This document shows, piece after piece, positions 39,998-53,206 of a DNA stretch of 64,000 bases (the stretch's first letter is position 1; each line of letters opens with the position of its first letter). The position numbers and the translations under genes are program-made. Where the stretch lies: assembly GCF_035594765.1 (NCBI RefSeq), contig NC_085842.1, forward strand, positions 92,790,782 to 92,854,781. The letters are read 5' to 3'. The notes under the pieces are model-generated. The model saw nothing but the letters and a program-made list of their open reading frames with translations, did not search any database and was not told the DNA's origin. The DNA is from Anolis carolinensis. Its lineage: Eukaryota.

Positions 39998-42568
39998 TGG
40001 TGAAGCAGTTCTAACATGGGCCGACAACAGCAGAATGAGCCTCCTCCATGACAGTAAATTACCACCATCTTTTAATAGCGGCCGATGGAAGCGTGGTTAT
40101 AACCCTGATCTGATTTTTGTAAAGGAAAGCATAATCCACCAATGCATCAAAAGGGTATTAAACCCGATACCTAACACACAACACAGACCAATATGCTGCG
40201 TAGCATATACAGCTGTAAGACCAAAAAGTGTCCCATTCTGCAGAAGATATAACTTCAATAAAGCTAACTGGGCAAAGTTTACAGAGACCTTGGAAGCTGC
40301 TATTTCTGATATAGAACCTTCTACAGAAAATTATGACCTGTTTGTAGAAGCTGTGAAAAGATCCTCAAGGCTCTCAATCCCTAGAGGCTGTCGCACAAGC
40401 TATCTACCAGGCCTAAACGAAGAATCGCTAAATCAGCTACAGGAATATCTCAGACTATTTCAAGAGAATCCATACAGTGATGGGACTATAGCAGCAGGCC
40501 AAAAACTATCTACAGCCTTAGCTAATGCTAAGAAAGAGCGTTGGATAGAGCTGCTTGAGAACCTTGACATGTCCAAGAGTAGCCGAAAAGCCTGGCAACT
40601 GCTGAGACGCCTGGATAGTGACCCTCTGGTCAACCATGGACACGCAAACGTGACACCAGACCAGATAGCTCACCAGCTAATTCAGAATGGGAAAACTAAC
40701 TGCAGCAGAGTAAAGATGAAAATCAACAGGGTGCCAGAACTTGAAACCCACCAGTTGTCTTCTCCTCTAAACCTGAAAGAACTCAGAGAAGCCATCAAGC
40801 GATGTAAGACTGGTAAAGCACCTGGCCTAGATGACCTGATGATGGAGCAAATCAAACACTTGGGCCCCAAAGCTGAAAACTGGCTTTTGAAATTCTACAA
40901 TCAATGCTTGGCACACAAACAGATTCCCAGAGCATGGAGGAAAACTAAGATTATTGCCATTTTAAAACCTGGTAAAGATGCCTCCAATGCCAGGAACTAC
41001 CGACCAATCTCCCTCTTATGTCATCTATATAAAGTCTATGAGAGGATGCTATTAAATCGACTAGGACCTGTTATCGAACCCAAGCTTATTGCACAACAAG
41101 CAGGTTTCAGACCAGGGAAAAACTGTACAGGTCAAATTCTTCATCTGACTGAGCATATCGAGGAAGGCTATGAGAAAGGCTGCATTACGGGAACAGTTTT
41201 TGTGGACCTTACGGCAGCCTATGACATGGTGCCACATAGAAAAATGCTGCATAAAGTCTACCATATCACCCGGGACTTTGACTTTACAAAAACTGTCCAG
41301 ACCCTCCTAGAAAACCGCAGCTTCTATGTGGAATTTCAGGGCCGGAAAAGCAGATGGAGGAGGCAAAAGAATGGTTTACCCCAAGGCAGCATTCTTGCAC
41401 TGACCTTATTTAACATCTTCACGAACGATCAGCCACTACCACCACTCACAAAGACCTTTATATATGCTGATGACCTTGGCCTTACAACACAAGCGAAAGA
41501 TTTTGAAACAGTTGAAAACCAACTCACTAATGCCTTGAAAGATCTCTCCAGCTACTACAAAGAGAACCACCTGAAGCCCACCCTGCCAAGACACAAGTGT
41601 GTGCTTTCCATCTACGTAACCGTGAAGCCAACAGGAAACTGAAAGTTACTGGGGAAGGCCAAGAGCTCGAACACTGTTTCCATCCTAAATATCTTGGTGT
41701 CACCTTAGATCGAACACTAACATATAGGAAACACTGCACGAACACCAAGCACAAAGTAGCTGCACGCAACAACATCCTGCGGAAACTGACTGGCAGCTCA
41801 TGGGGTGCAGACCCACAAGTAATAAGAACATCAGCCCTGGCCTTGTTTTTCTCAACTGCTGAGTACGCCTGTCCTGTCTGGCAAAAGTCTGCCCATGCGA
41901 AGCAAGTGGACATAGCACTAAACGAAACATGCAGAATAATCACAGGATGCCTTAAACCTACACCTGTTGGTAAACTCTACAAGCTAGCTGGCATTGCCCC
42001 TCCTGATGTGCGACGGGAAGTTGCTGCTAACTGTGAGAGAAATAAGGTTGAACATTGTGAAAGCCACCCACTGCATGACTATCAGCCTCCTCCCAGTAGA
42101 CTCAAATCAAGGAAAGGCTTCATGAGAACCACCACTCCTCTTGATGTTCCTTCAGCAGCAGCAAGGGTGTCCCTCTGGGCAGCTAAACCTGGCAATTCTA
42201 ACTGGATGGCCCCCCATGAGGGTCTTCCTCCAGGGGCAAACCAAGAATGGGCAACTTGGAAGTCCCTGAACAGACTCAGAAGTGGAGTGGGCAGATCTAA
42301 AGACAACTTGGCAAGGTGGCACTACCTGGAGGAATCCTCCACCTTGTGTGACTGTGGAGCAGAACAAACAACTCCGCATATGTATGCTTGCCCACAATGT
42401 CCTGCCTCATGCACGGAGGAGGAGTTGTTTAAAGCTATGGACAATTCGGTTGCTGTTGCCATTTCTGGTCTAAAACTATTCAGTTGTTTGTGATTTCCTC
42501 TTATTTATTTTTTTCCATCATTTTTAAATGTATTTGTTATGCCATGCTTTTGACACGAGATAAATAAA
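39998..42568 (+). mobile_element. Vingi/Ingi-related non-LTR retrotransposon, 5'-truncated within the endonuclease
   Basis: YNPDLIF..QHRPI (end of EN), KAPGLD, YRPISLL, QAGFR, DLTAAYD, LPQGS, YADD, KYLGVTLD, LNRLRSGVGR and CDCG..H..C; no RNase H; TAAA tail; TSD AGCTGGAAA (39989-39997 and 42569-42577); frameshifts near 41580 and probably 42460. Confidence 0.88.
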
Positions 42569-43373
42569 AGCTGGAAAACAGTTCTGTATTACACATTCCT
42601 GCAATTTTACTGAGAGTATTGTATATCTATAGACGAATGAGCATAAAAAGTAAACCATAATGATATAACGATTTATTTCTGAAGGATTATTATTAGGAAA
42701 TCATCCGACACATGTCGCATTAATATTAACAAATATTAATTATATAGAATTGTTGTGAGATTTTCCACTATTTCTTACTGCATGAAATAGTTGCAGAATC
42801 AGCATCTGAATGGGTTAAAGGAAAAATAACAACAGAAACGGGTGAACTCTGGAGGTGTACTGCTGTATCTCTAAAATACAGATTGAAATCTAGAAGAAAA
42901 ATGGTTCTCTGGCAGAGAAAATGTTCTGAACTTATATCCATAAAGTCAAAGGTTTGCTAAGCAAATAACAAATAAAAAAGAAACTCTCTTTGCAAAACTC
43001 CTAAATCACCCTGATAGTGTGAAGCATTTGTTGGGGTGGAGGGATAAAATATCTGAAAGGAGATGGGTTGAAGGGATCAACATCTGTTTTCCATACAGAA
43101 ATGACTACATTTCTTTCTATATATTGATCCTTCCTTGCACAAAAATACTAATGACAAAAAGAGAATTTCTTGAGCAAAAGAAGTAGACACAGAAATCAAC
43201 ACAGACATCTCTTTTACTTTAATATAGTATAAAACAGATTGTGTATATGTGCCTTCAAGTCGCCTATTGATTTGAAGCAACTCCATGAATTTCAGAGTTT
43301 TCTTAGGGCTTATATACACTGACCACATATGTCAGAGCTGATCAGGAGTGGAGTATTCCAAATCAGTACTGTG

Positions 43374-44246
43374 TGTCAAGACCCAGGCTACAGAACACCA
43401 ATAACCATGCGCAGAGGCCGGATTCTATCTAATATCTTTATTAAAGGAATATATAAAGTCAATAAAAACAAGTGAAGAATATAGTTCAGAAGTAGACCTT
43501 TCAGGAAAGGTCAAATATAGTCCAGGAAAATAATGTCCAATATGTGATATTAGAGTCCAAAGTTATAATCCATTAACCGAAACACACACTTCGCCAAGCA
43601 ATAGTGTGGGGAGATGACAAGGTCTTTTAGTCCATTGAAGCTTGACAACAAGGCTGGAAAACAAACTAGATTCTTGGCTAAACAAGACTTGATACGAGGC
43701 AAACAAGAAGCAAGAACAAGGTCCGTGGCGAGGTCCGTGGCGAGGTCCGCGGCCAAACGTGAAACAAGGCAGGCTTGGAACTTGGTCCGGGAAAACAAGG
43801 AACTGGGGTTACGAAGTCCACACACGATCTCACTCCTCAAGCTGACGAGTTGACTCCGCAAGGTTTCCTTTGCGGCAAAACACCTAAATAGGGTCTCGTT
43901 TCCCGCCAGAAGAACCCTTTCCCTGGAGAACGAGAAGTGAAACCGAACTCCGTCCAGATGCATGACTCCTTAGAATTTCCCAAGGGAAGCAGACCTAATC
44001 AGCTAATTGTTTGGCTGCGATTCTGAGGCTCCGGCGATTAGCCTCCCTAGCTCCTCTATCTCTATTATAATTGTCCTTTCGGGAAAACGGGGGAGAATTC
44101 TGCCCAAGGCTTGTTTGGCTGACTTCTTGAGGGCAAACATCCTCCAGGTGCAGGGGCTCCGATTCTGGCTGAACCGGTGGAAATCCCATGTTTTCCTCTT
44201 CGTCTGCCACAATAGTACTAGGAACGGGACTACAAGGCCCATGACA
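43374..44246 (-). mobile_element. Solo LTR, 873 bp, probably Gypsy-type
   Basis: TGTCA..TGACA termini; minus-strand AATAAA at 43437-43442 near the U5 end; CpG retained; 12-bp tandem repeat GGTCCGTGGCGA about x3 at 43720-43752; no TSD found. Confidence 0.75.
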
Positions 44247-44529
44247 CATCACACCGTGGGAGTCTGCACAGTTAGCCACTGAGCTGATTCAGAGGTAGGC
44301 AGGTATCTGCACTGTCCCACACTGAGCTGGCCCAGAGATTAGAAAGACTGCATGGCCCAGTATTTCTATTGCTTAGTGGCATAAAACTGCTAATAGCTGT
44401 CACTTTGACATGGGGACGAATCTGCATTAAGCAACCTTGCCAGGCAAATTGGCCTCATGTGTCATGTGGAGTTCATGGAGTCCATTCACCCCCGCCACAC
44501 TTCATTTGGCCTATGGAGAAGAGCCTGAG

Positions 44530-44670
44530 GTGAAAAATACTCAGGGGTCGTTTTGCAAACTCCTTCCTCTGAAATGTAGCCTACAGCACCCGGTATTCAC
44601 TGGCAATCTTCAATCCAACTACTAACCAGGGTTGACTAATTAGCCTGCAAGACCAGGTAGGCTCTGGTGC
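44530..44670 (-). mobile_element. 5S rRNA-derived SINE head; its tail probably lies at 43240-43305
   Basis: Minus strand CCTGGTTAGTAGTTGGATTGAAGATTGCCAGTGAATACCGGGTGCTGTAGGCT matches the 3' half of 5S rRNA. Confidence 0.7.
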
Positions 44671-45087
44671 CATTAGAATATTTTGGCCCATATTATGGAG
44701 AGGGGAACTGTAAATAATTCATCCTGAAGGAATTCATTATAATAGATGTCAGTGTAATTTATACAGTTCTTCCACAACAAGGACAATAATATGTGGAACC
44801 ATGTTCTTACTTGCGCTAAGTGAAATGGTTATATAATCTCAAGGATGTTCTTAAAGCTATTTGCAATTAGTCTCACAATGCTTTCCCACAATGTTTCATA
44901 GGTGCAGCAAAACCTCAATTTTAAATATTTCTCATTATAGTCTGGAAGCTTCTGCCTTGATATTCTGGGATATAGGGCTGTGTGGAAGGGCGCAAAGAGG
45001 CAATATTTAAGAGAAATCAGAACTGCCTTGGAAATATTTATAATCAGGATAGAAGTAACCAATAAGCTGCCAGGAAGATGTGCATCT

Positions 45088-45235
45088 GGGGCCCCTTCCA
45101 CACAGCTGAATAAAATCCCATATCTGCTTTGAACTGGGATATATGGGAGTGTGGATTCAGATATTCCAGTTCAAAGCAAATATTGTGGGATTTTCTGCCT
45201 TGATATTCTGGGTTATATGGCTGTATGGAAGGGCC
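45088..45235. mobile_element. PIF/Harbinger-like MITE
   Basis: GCCCCTTCCACACAGC / GCTGTATGGAAGGGCC termini; partial copy at 44950-44992 and further copies at 52010-52260. Confidence 0.75.
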
Positions 45236-45654
45236 TTAAGAGGGAGGTAACAGCTCTATTAGTCTCCGGAAATACACAACTGTTTCTTTCTTCTCCATTC
45301 TCTGACCCCAAGATGTAACTACTTATGAGTAGCACCAGCCCACAGACCTGAAATTTTGTAATTTCATTCTCAAAATCCAGATTGATTCCAAGAGAGTTAG
45401 CATTATGTTGATCACTGCTTTTGAATAATTCTTAATAACAAGAATGTGCTTAAATGTAGAATTCATTTATTTTGCATTTGTATTAATTTAGATAAGGACA
45501 AGTCCAGAGGGATTGTTTAATTGCCAGAGTTTTCAATGATGTATACAGTGACACGCAGCTAAAACCAAAATTATCTGTGTACGTGTTGCTTGTACAGCCA
45601 TCCCATTCATGGGATCAAGGCTGTGGAATTGGCTGCCAGGCTTGCTGAGGAATT

Positions 45655-46070
45655 GTGGGATAATAATAATGATATTAAAAAACTTTTCTCTCTTAAAGGA
45701 CACACAAAGTGGGGTACAATATTTAAAACAATACATTATATAACTTAAAGCCTAAAATATATAAACACTAAAATGGAATTAAACAAGGGGATATAAAAAT
45801 TATTAAAACTATTAAAAACCTATGAAAATGCACAATACATGCCACATTTAAAGCTCAGACTTTAAAAGCCTGCCCAAATACAAAGTGCCAGAAGGCCAGC
45901 AGGGAGGGGGCATTCTGGCTTCTCTAGGCAGGGACTTCCAAGAGTTAAGCCAACAAGAAAGCCCTCTCTTGAGATCCCACTAACTGAGCTTGTGACGTAC
46001 TAAAACAAGGGCCTCTTCTAATGAAGAGGTTCACTTAGGGACATGCAATCTGCCAAACAGCCTGGACCCT
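45655..46070 (-). mobile_element. Degenerate L2 3' fragment
   Basis: AGGGAGGGGGC..GGCAGGGACTTCCA..AAAGCCCTCTCT pattern matches the younger L2 copies. Confidence 0.5.
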
Positions 46071-46467
46071 GACCTCTTCTTGCTTTTATTATGCTTGCTC
46101 CCAAGCATAGTAAAATCTGGAGAGCAAATAGTTTCTTCCCCTTGAATTCATGCTTTACATTTTATTTATTGTTTAAATAACATCCTGGGGCCTTGAACAA
46201 TTTTAGTCTTAAATGTGTCATTCTAAGTTTCATAAAATACTGAGTTTGGAAATTTGTGTTCTAGGCAACAGCTCTCAGAATTAGCACAGACACGGCTGTT
46301 GAAGAATTCTGGAGCTGTCACTCAAAAAAAGTAACTTTCTAAAGCTCTAATGTAGTTATTTAAAGTTCATTCAGTGTGTTTCTTATCTTCATGAAGTATA
46401 AGTGTATAAATGCTGTTGTAAGTCATCCCAAGTCCCTTTTGGGGGAGGGGGTGGGATACAAATAATG

Positions 46468-46515
<48 letters not shown>

Positions 46516-46614
46516 TTATGAAATCCGCAATGTGAAATTAAACTCACACTCAGGGACTATTCCCTTTGAGCAGAGTGATGCTTTCCTCCAATCACTTTTG
46601 CTCTCTGTATAAAT

Positions 46615-46919
46615 ACACTTATCACTTATCCAACGTTCTGGATTATCCAAGACATTTTTGTAGTCAATGTTTTCAATACATCATGATATTTTGGTGCTAA
46701 ATTCGTAAATACAGTAATTACTACATAGCATTACTGCGTACTGAACTACTTTTTCTGTCAAATTTCTTGTATAACATGATGTTTTGGTGCTTAATTTGTA
46801 AAATCATAACCTTATTTGATGTTTAATAGGCTTTTCCTTAATCCCTCCTTATTATCCAACATATTCACTTATCCAACATTCTGCCAGCCCGTTTATATTG
46901 GATAAGTGAGACTCTACTG
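46615..46919. mobile_element. Tigger/pogo-like MITE with damaged left TIR
   Basis: Same family as 4093; right TIR followed by TA. Confidence 0.85.
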
Positions 46920-49367
46920 TACTTACCTTTCTCCTTTAATTCAAACTTACTGCTTTTTTTGTTGAAAAAGAAGGAAGACACTTTTGATAAATATAGGAGA
47001 AGTTCTGAGGAGTGCAGAATAAGCCTTCCTTTAAAATGAGACTTGAAGCAGTTTGAAGCTAGTTTTTTATTCTTCCCATGACTTCCACTAACTCATTCAG
47101 AAGGCCTGCCTCTCTCTCTCTCTGAGTTATATAGAGCCATTAACATAGTATTGGATGCCACTGATACTTCAATGCATCCCCTCTGCACCCCCTTGAAGTA
47201 ATGAAGTGCTTACACAGATGCAGAGAGAACTAAATGACTTGTCCAAAATAATGAGGAAGGCTGTGAAACAGCTGCGAGAGTATTAAAGGTGCTGCAAAGT
47301 CTATTATCTGAGTGCTGCACAATGTCATGCTAAAAAGTTTTAGCTTTAGCTCACCCTGGTCTCCAGCAATACAACCTCCCCACCCAGCTTCTGCCTTGTA
47401 ATGTTGTCATTTGCTCATGTTTACAGCCTATACTTTCATGTCAGTAGATCACATTGGGCACTATAGGCTTCAGCCTGAGAGAATAAAATAAGCGGTAGAA
47501 AACATAGCAAAAGCAGCTGAAGTTTTAGCCTTGATCAGATACAGGAATTTAAATTTTCCCCATACCAAGACAGGATTTTTTCAATATTTGAAACAGTTTT
47601 TATACATGGAGAGGATTGTATTGGGTAGAGTTTCTACATTGTTATATATCTGTCACAGCTACTATTATGTTTATATTTAACAGATCTTTGAGTAGGACAC
47701 ACCTTCCAAACACCAACTTCCAGCTACAGCCCTCCAACTCACTCACCAGTGAAGATCAGGAGGGAAGGAGGAGGCACAGGCTAAGTACAAATCCGGGTGC
47801 TCCTTTGTCCCTCCACCATTCTTCACAGGGGATCAATACCCATGTTAAGAGGGCACAGCTGAGGCTAAAAGTTGGGTTGTTTTTTTTGAAGTCCAGGTTC
47901 CTTCACCCTTCGTATAGCACTTCATCAGACATAAAGATCTGTTCAGCATTAAAGTCACCCAGTTTTGGATCCAATCAAACAATTCTATATTTGGGGAAGA
48001 TTTATTTGGGGAAAATAATGCAATGTTTGGAGCACAAATCTCTATATCTCGCACAAAATGTTTTGTACAACATCTATGAGATTTTACATTGGATTGTGGG
48101 CTTGTGAGCAAGGCGGTTACAGATTTTACAGAGATTTTACAGAGAAGGTCCTGTCAGAAACTTCTGATCACACAAGGAAGACCAAGAACTTTAGATCAGT
48201 GATCAGAGCTGATACACACAGCCCACATCCTCTATCTGAGCAAGTTTTCAGTTTTAGTATGATATGTTTATTCAAAAACATGTCCTACGACTTGAATTAG
48301 GATTATTTCAGTTTCACTATATACTTATGCATCTTTTCACACTCTTTTGGAGGTGTTCCTTGTACTCATCAGCCGCTCTCTGGCAGCAGCAGCTGACAGA
48401 ATGGCTGGTACCAGAATGTTTGTTCTTCACTTAGCTGCTGCTAAAGCAAATAATGGCTCATTTGTAAAGGCAGATGAAGGTCAGACTGATTGGAAGGCTG
48501 CAAGGCTTAATACTCTGATATTCCAGTACACACCCACATACACACAGGGTGCAAAATTAATTACTATGAAGGGCTGGATGCTATGGTAGGCAAGCAGCTG
48601 CTATATCACAGTTTCTTTGGGGAAAGGGAGAAGTTAGTTTGGCAGCTTAGATGTGAGTTTGGTGAGGCTTTTTTTAACAATTGGCAAGGATGCTGGAACA
48701 AGAACAAGAAATACCAGTGGATGATGCTCTAAGGTAAAAGTTGGTGTCAGTGATGGGGAAATATTTTGGATTTCAATCTGAATAGATCAAAAGCCCAAGG
48801 GTCTTCCTTCCTATTCCTGACTTGGGTGATGGATATAAAGTCTATTTGTAAGGGAACAGGGGTCTAAAGATCATTTACTTGTGTATGAACACACATAGCT
48901 ACATACAAATGCACCAAGAAAGCTACATATCATAACCCCAATCCTACTGGTGTTTTCAATCATACACCTACACCTATTGAATCACTTACTGAATAGTGGA
49001 CCAACATTATTAATTTAGTGTGTCTTCCCTACTGGATTCAGACTAGTCTACTGTGGTTGGGACTAGCAACTGGATTTAGGCTAATTAATTAATTTCTTAT
49101 CTTATTTGAACTCAGGCTATGCAAAATATTATATACAATACAATTGCTTGGGATAAAGCAGGCTAAAATCCATGAAAGCTTATGCTAAAAAAAATCACCT
49201 GCAAGATCTCCTTCACCCTTTTCCCTCTATGCTGAAATAGACTAATATGACTATCACAGTGAAAAATACTGTTATACTATTATTGTAAGTGTTATGACCT
49301 TTATCCCTGCTGGTTTACTCCAAATGACTCAAACAGCACTCTTGCACTGATTGGGAAGGCCTAAACT

Positions 49368-49579
49368 GGGCCGGGCTGTGGCGCAGGCTGTTGAGCAACC
49401 AGCTGCAGCCAGCTGCAATGAATCACTCTGACCAGGAGGTCATGAGTTCGAGGCCAGCTCAGAGCCCCGTGTTTGTTTTGTCTTTGTTCTATGTTAAGGC
49501 ATTGAATGTTTGCCTTATATGTGTAATGTGATCCGCCCTGAGTCCCCTTCGGGGTGAGAAGGGTGGAATATAAATACTG

Positions 49580-49622
<43 letters not shown>
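49368..49622 (+). mobile_element. tRNA-derived SINE with L2-derived 3' tail (Anolis SINE2-like)
   Basis: A-box-like TGGCGCAGGCTG (49379-49390), B-box GAGTTCGAGGCC (49444-49455), tail CCGCCCTGAGTCCCCTTCGGGGTGAGAAGGG shared with the L2 fragments, then (TAAA)n. Confidence 0.85.
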
Positions 49623-52272
49623 GGAGTCTACATGTGTTCAAAATAATGCTGTTAAAAGCCTTCTTGAAGTGGAGAATTCTCAATAGTGAAGCGTGTCTCA
49701 TTGTGGAGAAAATCCTTCACATATTTAGTCAACCATGCAAAGAATCCCCACTCAGATTTTCCTACGTCATAGAGAAAATTCAGGGGCAGAGTGAGGCAGT
49801 CTTTTTGTCTAAAGAATCAAGCAAGAACATCTGAAAGGGAGATAAGAACAAAATATTTTTATGTTAACCTTTTAAAAAAAACCAAATGAACACCTTTCTT
49901 TCTATTTGATCTTATGGACAAACCAGAATGGCATTGCTTTAAAGCTTCAACAGTACCATCTTCAGACATAAAGACAAATTTTGCCTGTTTTATGCTGTGA
50001 CATCATAAAAAAGAGAACTCCAGAGTATAGTTGCAACGCTAACTTTTTAGTTGTCCTACAGAAGTTTAACAGGACCAGTCTATAATCCATGGAACCACCA
50101 ATGCAGATGAAAGATACTCTCCTTGCAAAATACTTCTACAACACAGCCATTTGGACAACTGACTGACAGCTGATAAAATTACCTATAATAACACTTTGGA
50201 TTCTGTTGAAAGATTCTTTGAAAAGAGAAGTGAAGTTTTGTGAGAAAACCCCAGTAAGTTGATGTAATTCATGTAAGTGTAGTTGCCTTTCTGGAGTCTG
50301 AGAAAATATTCAGTGAAGGACAGATGAAGTGGACAATGAAAAAAGAAAGAACACATTATCCTACCTAAAATGTCACACCGTGTCACTTTTTCAATTTTGT
50401 AACCTATGAAATGTAGCATAAGGAAAAACAAATAAGCTATCAAATTCCTTCTTTTTGAGGTTTAGGGCAGAAAGTATCTTTATGAAAACCAAGTGCATAG
50501 GAACCAAATAAACTCACAGGAGGAAGAGAACTGTCAAGGTACTTCAAGCTGTGTGCCAGGCATTCACAGGGAGATACAAGCACCATTTAATTCTTTTAAG
50601 GTTAAATGCAAGAACATAGACCTGTTCTTCATTGGAATAAGAAGGGTCGGGAGGTTGTGCTTACTGGGAGAAAAGAGAAGCTTATTTTTCCTATATCAAG
50701 AAACACTTTCCTACTGTCTACTTAAATTATTTTGATTGTTAAGCTCAGACAAAATTTTGAAGGCTGTTGATTTTACTGATCAGTAGAAATTATTGTATGG
50801 AAACTTTGTATTTGGCTAGCTAACAGCTTTCCTTATGACCACAAGGGGAGTTGCTGATTTACACTAACAGTCCTGAATTGCCATTTGCGAAAGTTAACCA
50901 ATATTCTTTCTGTAAACAGGTTTTGAGAAGTTAACATTTTAAATACATTCATGCTGTCAGAATCATATGTAAAAACAATACCCTCTCACATACCAAAAAT
51001 CCTATCATTCCTAAAGATGTTCATTTTTAGCTGTATCAACCATTCAAATGACAACATTGTTTTCTGAATAAATTCTCAGATCTAAGCTTGGCGATTGGGA
51101 TGCCTTTGAAATTTCCATTTATATGGTCTCAGCAAGCAGTCAACACAAAAATGACTAAAAATAGAAGCAGAACAGAATCATTACAGTTGCTGGTTTGTTT
51201 GCAGTTTCACAGGCAAGCTTTATCGGTCTATAAAAGGAGTTAGAAAGTGTGCACTCATCTGAGTCAAGCCCAATGCTCTGTTTTGCTCAGCAGTTACTCT
51301 CTTGTGGCCTCATTAACTGATCTCTCACCAGCTAAGCAGCAAAGCAGTGTCCCAGATTTTCACTACCCAGTTTTGACATTTATAAAGTACTTTCAGTCTT
51401 GACAAGATCAAAAACTTAACATTCTTTCAAATTTCATAATAACTCCGAAACACTGTGAACTCATGCAGGGTGAGGGGATATTGTGTTCTTATTAAATAAA
51501 AGCCTAGAAATCAGTGCCATAGCCAGAGGAGGTGTAACAAAGCCAGCCCCCCACTCAAAAAAAGAAAATCTGAGCTGTAAGAGTTATATTCTGCCTTTCT
51601 CCCAAAGCTTGAAAACAAGGCTATCATAAGATTAAAAGTGAGTACAGTTAAAAATCCCAAGAAGGAACAATGTTAAAATAGAATTATGCAACTCATAATT
51701 TTCAAACACTATTGAATTAAATATCCAAAAGGCAATATCCGAATCCCATCTGATTTTAGGAGCTGCTGCATATCTATATATATAAAGGAGTAAAAAACTG
51801 GCCGCCGTGAAGGTAGCAACAAAACTACACATCCCAGAACCACAAAACTTGGCAGCAGAATCCAGCGGCCTTGCCCCTAGGGTCCAACAACAAAAAGAAA
51901 AGAAAAATAAAGTCCTAATTAGAGGGAGAGGAATAATTGTTTTTATCCAATTGCTGACAGTTAGAAGGCTAAGCTCCGCCCACTTGGTCTCCTAGCAACC
52001 CACTCAACCCAGGCCCTCTTCAATCAGGCCTCTTCCCCACTGCGAATAAAATACAGATTATCTGATTTGAACTGGATTATATGGCAGTGTAGACTCAAGG
52101 CCCTTCCACACAGCTATATAACCCATATATAATCTTATATTATCTGCTTTGAACTGGATTATCTTGAGTCCACACTGCCATATAATCCACTTCAGTGTGC
52201 ATTTTATACAGCTTTGAAGAAGGGGCCTCATATAATCCAGTTCTAAGCAGATGATATTGTATTATAAATATA

Positions 52273-52617
52273 CAGTAGAGTCTCACTTATCCAACATAAA
52301 CACCCCGTCAGAACATTGGATAACTGAATATGTTGAATAATAAGAAGGGACACAGGAAAAGCCTATTAAACATCAAATTAGGTAATCATTATACAAATTA
52401 AGCACTAAAATATCATGTTATACAACAAATTTGACAGAAAAGGTAGTTCAATGCGCAGTAATGCTAAGTAGTAATTACTGTATTTACAAATTTACCACCA
52501 GAGTATCACAATGAATTTAAAACATTGACTACAAAAACATTGACTACTGAAAGGCAGACTGTGTTGGATAATCCAGAACATTGGATAAGCGAATGTTGAA
52601 TAAGTGAGATTCTACTG
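52273..52617. mobile_element. Tigger/pogo-like MITE inside the composite element
   Basis: CAGTAGAGTCTCACTTATCCAAC / GTTGAATAAGTGAGATTCTACTG, TA flanks. Confidence 0.88.
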
Positions 52618-52831
52618 TAATATGAAATAATTACTGTGGTAGAATAATACAGAACAATATAATCTCTAAAACCAGGACAGTAAATAAAGAGCAACACTCT
52701 GAAAGCAGGGAAATTGGGAATTCCACAAAGGAAACAATCAGGGCTAGCTAACACCTCCCAAGAAAGGATTCTTCCAGAAAGGAAGTTGTGAAGGGAGTGA
52801 AGCAGTGTGTATTACCAAAGTCATTATTATT

Positions 52832-53203
52832 TGTCATGGAACCAAGTCCCAGGGCTGAATTTCCAAGCCCTGGACTTGGAGTCATAACATAAATAATCCT
52901 GGATGTCTCATGGAAGCACCTGGCAGAAGAAGATAGAAGAGCCTGGGAACTCGGGGTTGAAAGTATAAACAATTATAATTGGTAGAGTGTGTGGGGATAG
53001 TAGAAATGTGATACAGGGGGTGGGATTTGGTGATGATATTTACGTGTGGTGTGACGTTGCAACAAAGGTGATAAAAATGGTTGTATGTAAACATTAGGTC
53101 ATTCTCGACTTTTTCAAAGTCATGTATTCTTCAATAAAGATTGGATTTGAGAGCAGCTATCTTTGATCTGCGTTCAGACTGGTCTTTTGAAGTGAGCCCG
53201 ACA
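52832..53203 (+). repeat. 5' LTR, 372 bp
   Basis: Direct repeat of 58135-58506; one mismatch seen by eye (G53144 vs C58447). Confidence 0.97.
53070..53138 (+). promoter_or_regulatory. LTR core promoter and poly(A) signal; predicted TSS A53101
   Basis: TATA-like GATAAAAA at 53070-53077, about 30 nt upstream of the Inr-consensus TCATTCT (A at 53101); AATAAA at 53133-53138. Confidence 0.65.
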
Positions 53204-53206
53204 TTT

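Noticed and set aside
43720-43752. Short direct repeats as a CRISPR-like array
   Set aside because: 12-bp tandem repeat without spacers inside a eukaryotic LTR.
47616-48107. 163-aa ORF as a possible host exon
   Set aside because: Non-ATG start, no recognisable domain and no convincing partner exons; compatible with chance.
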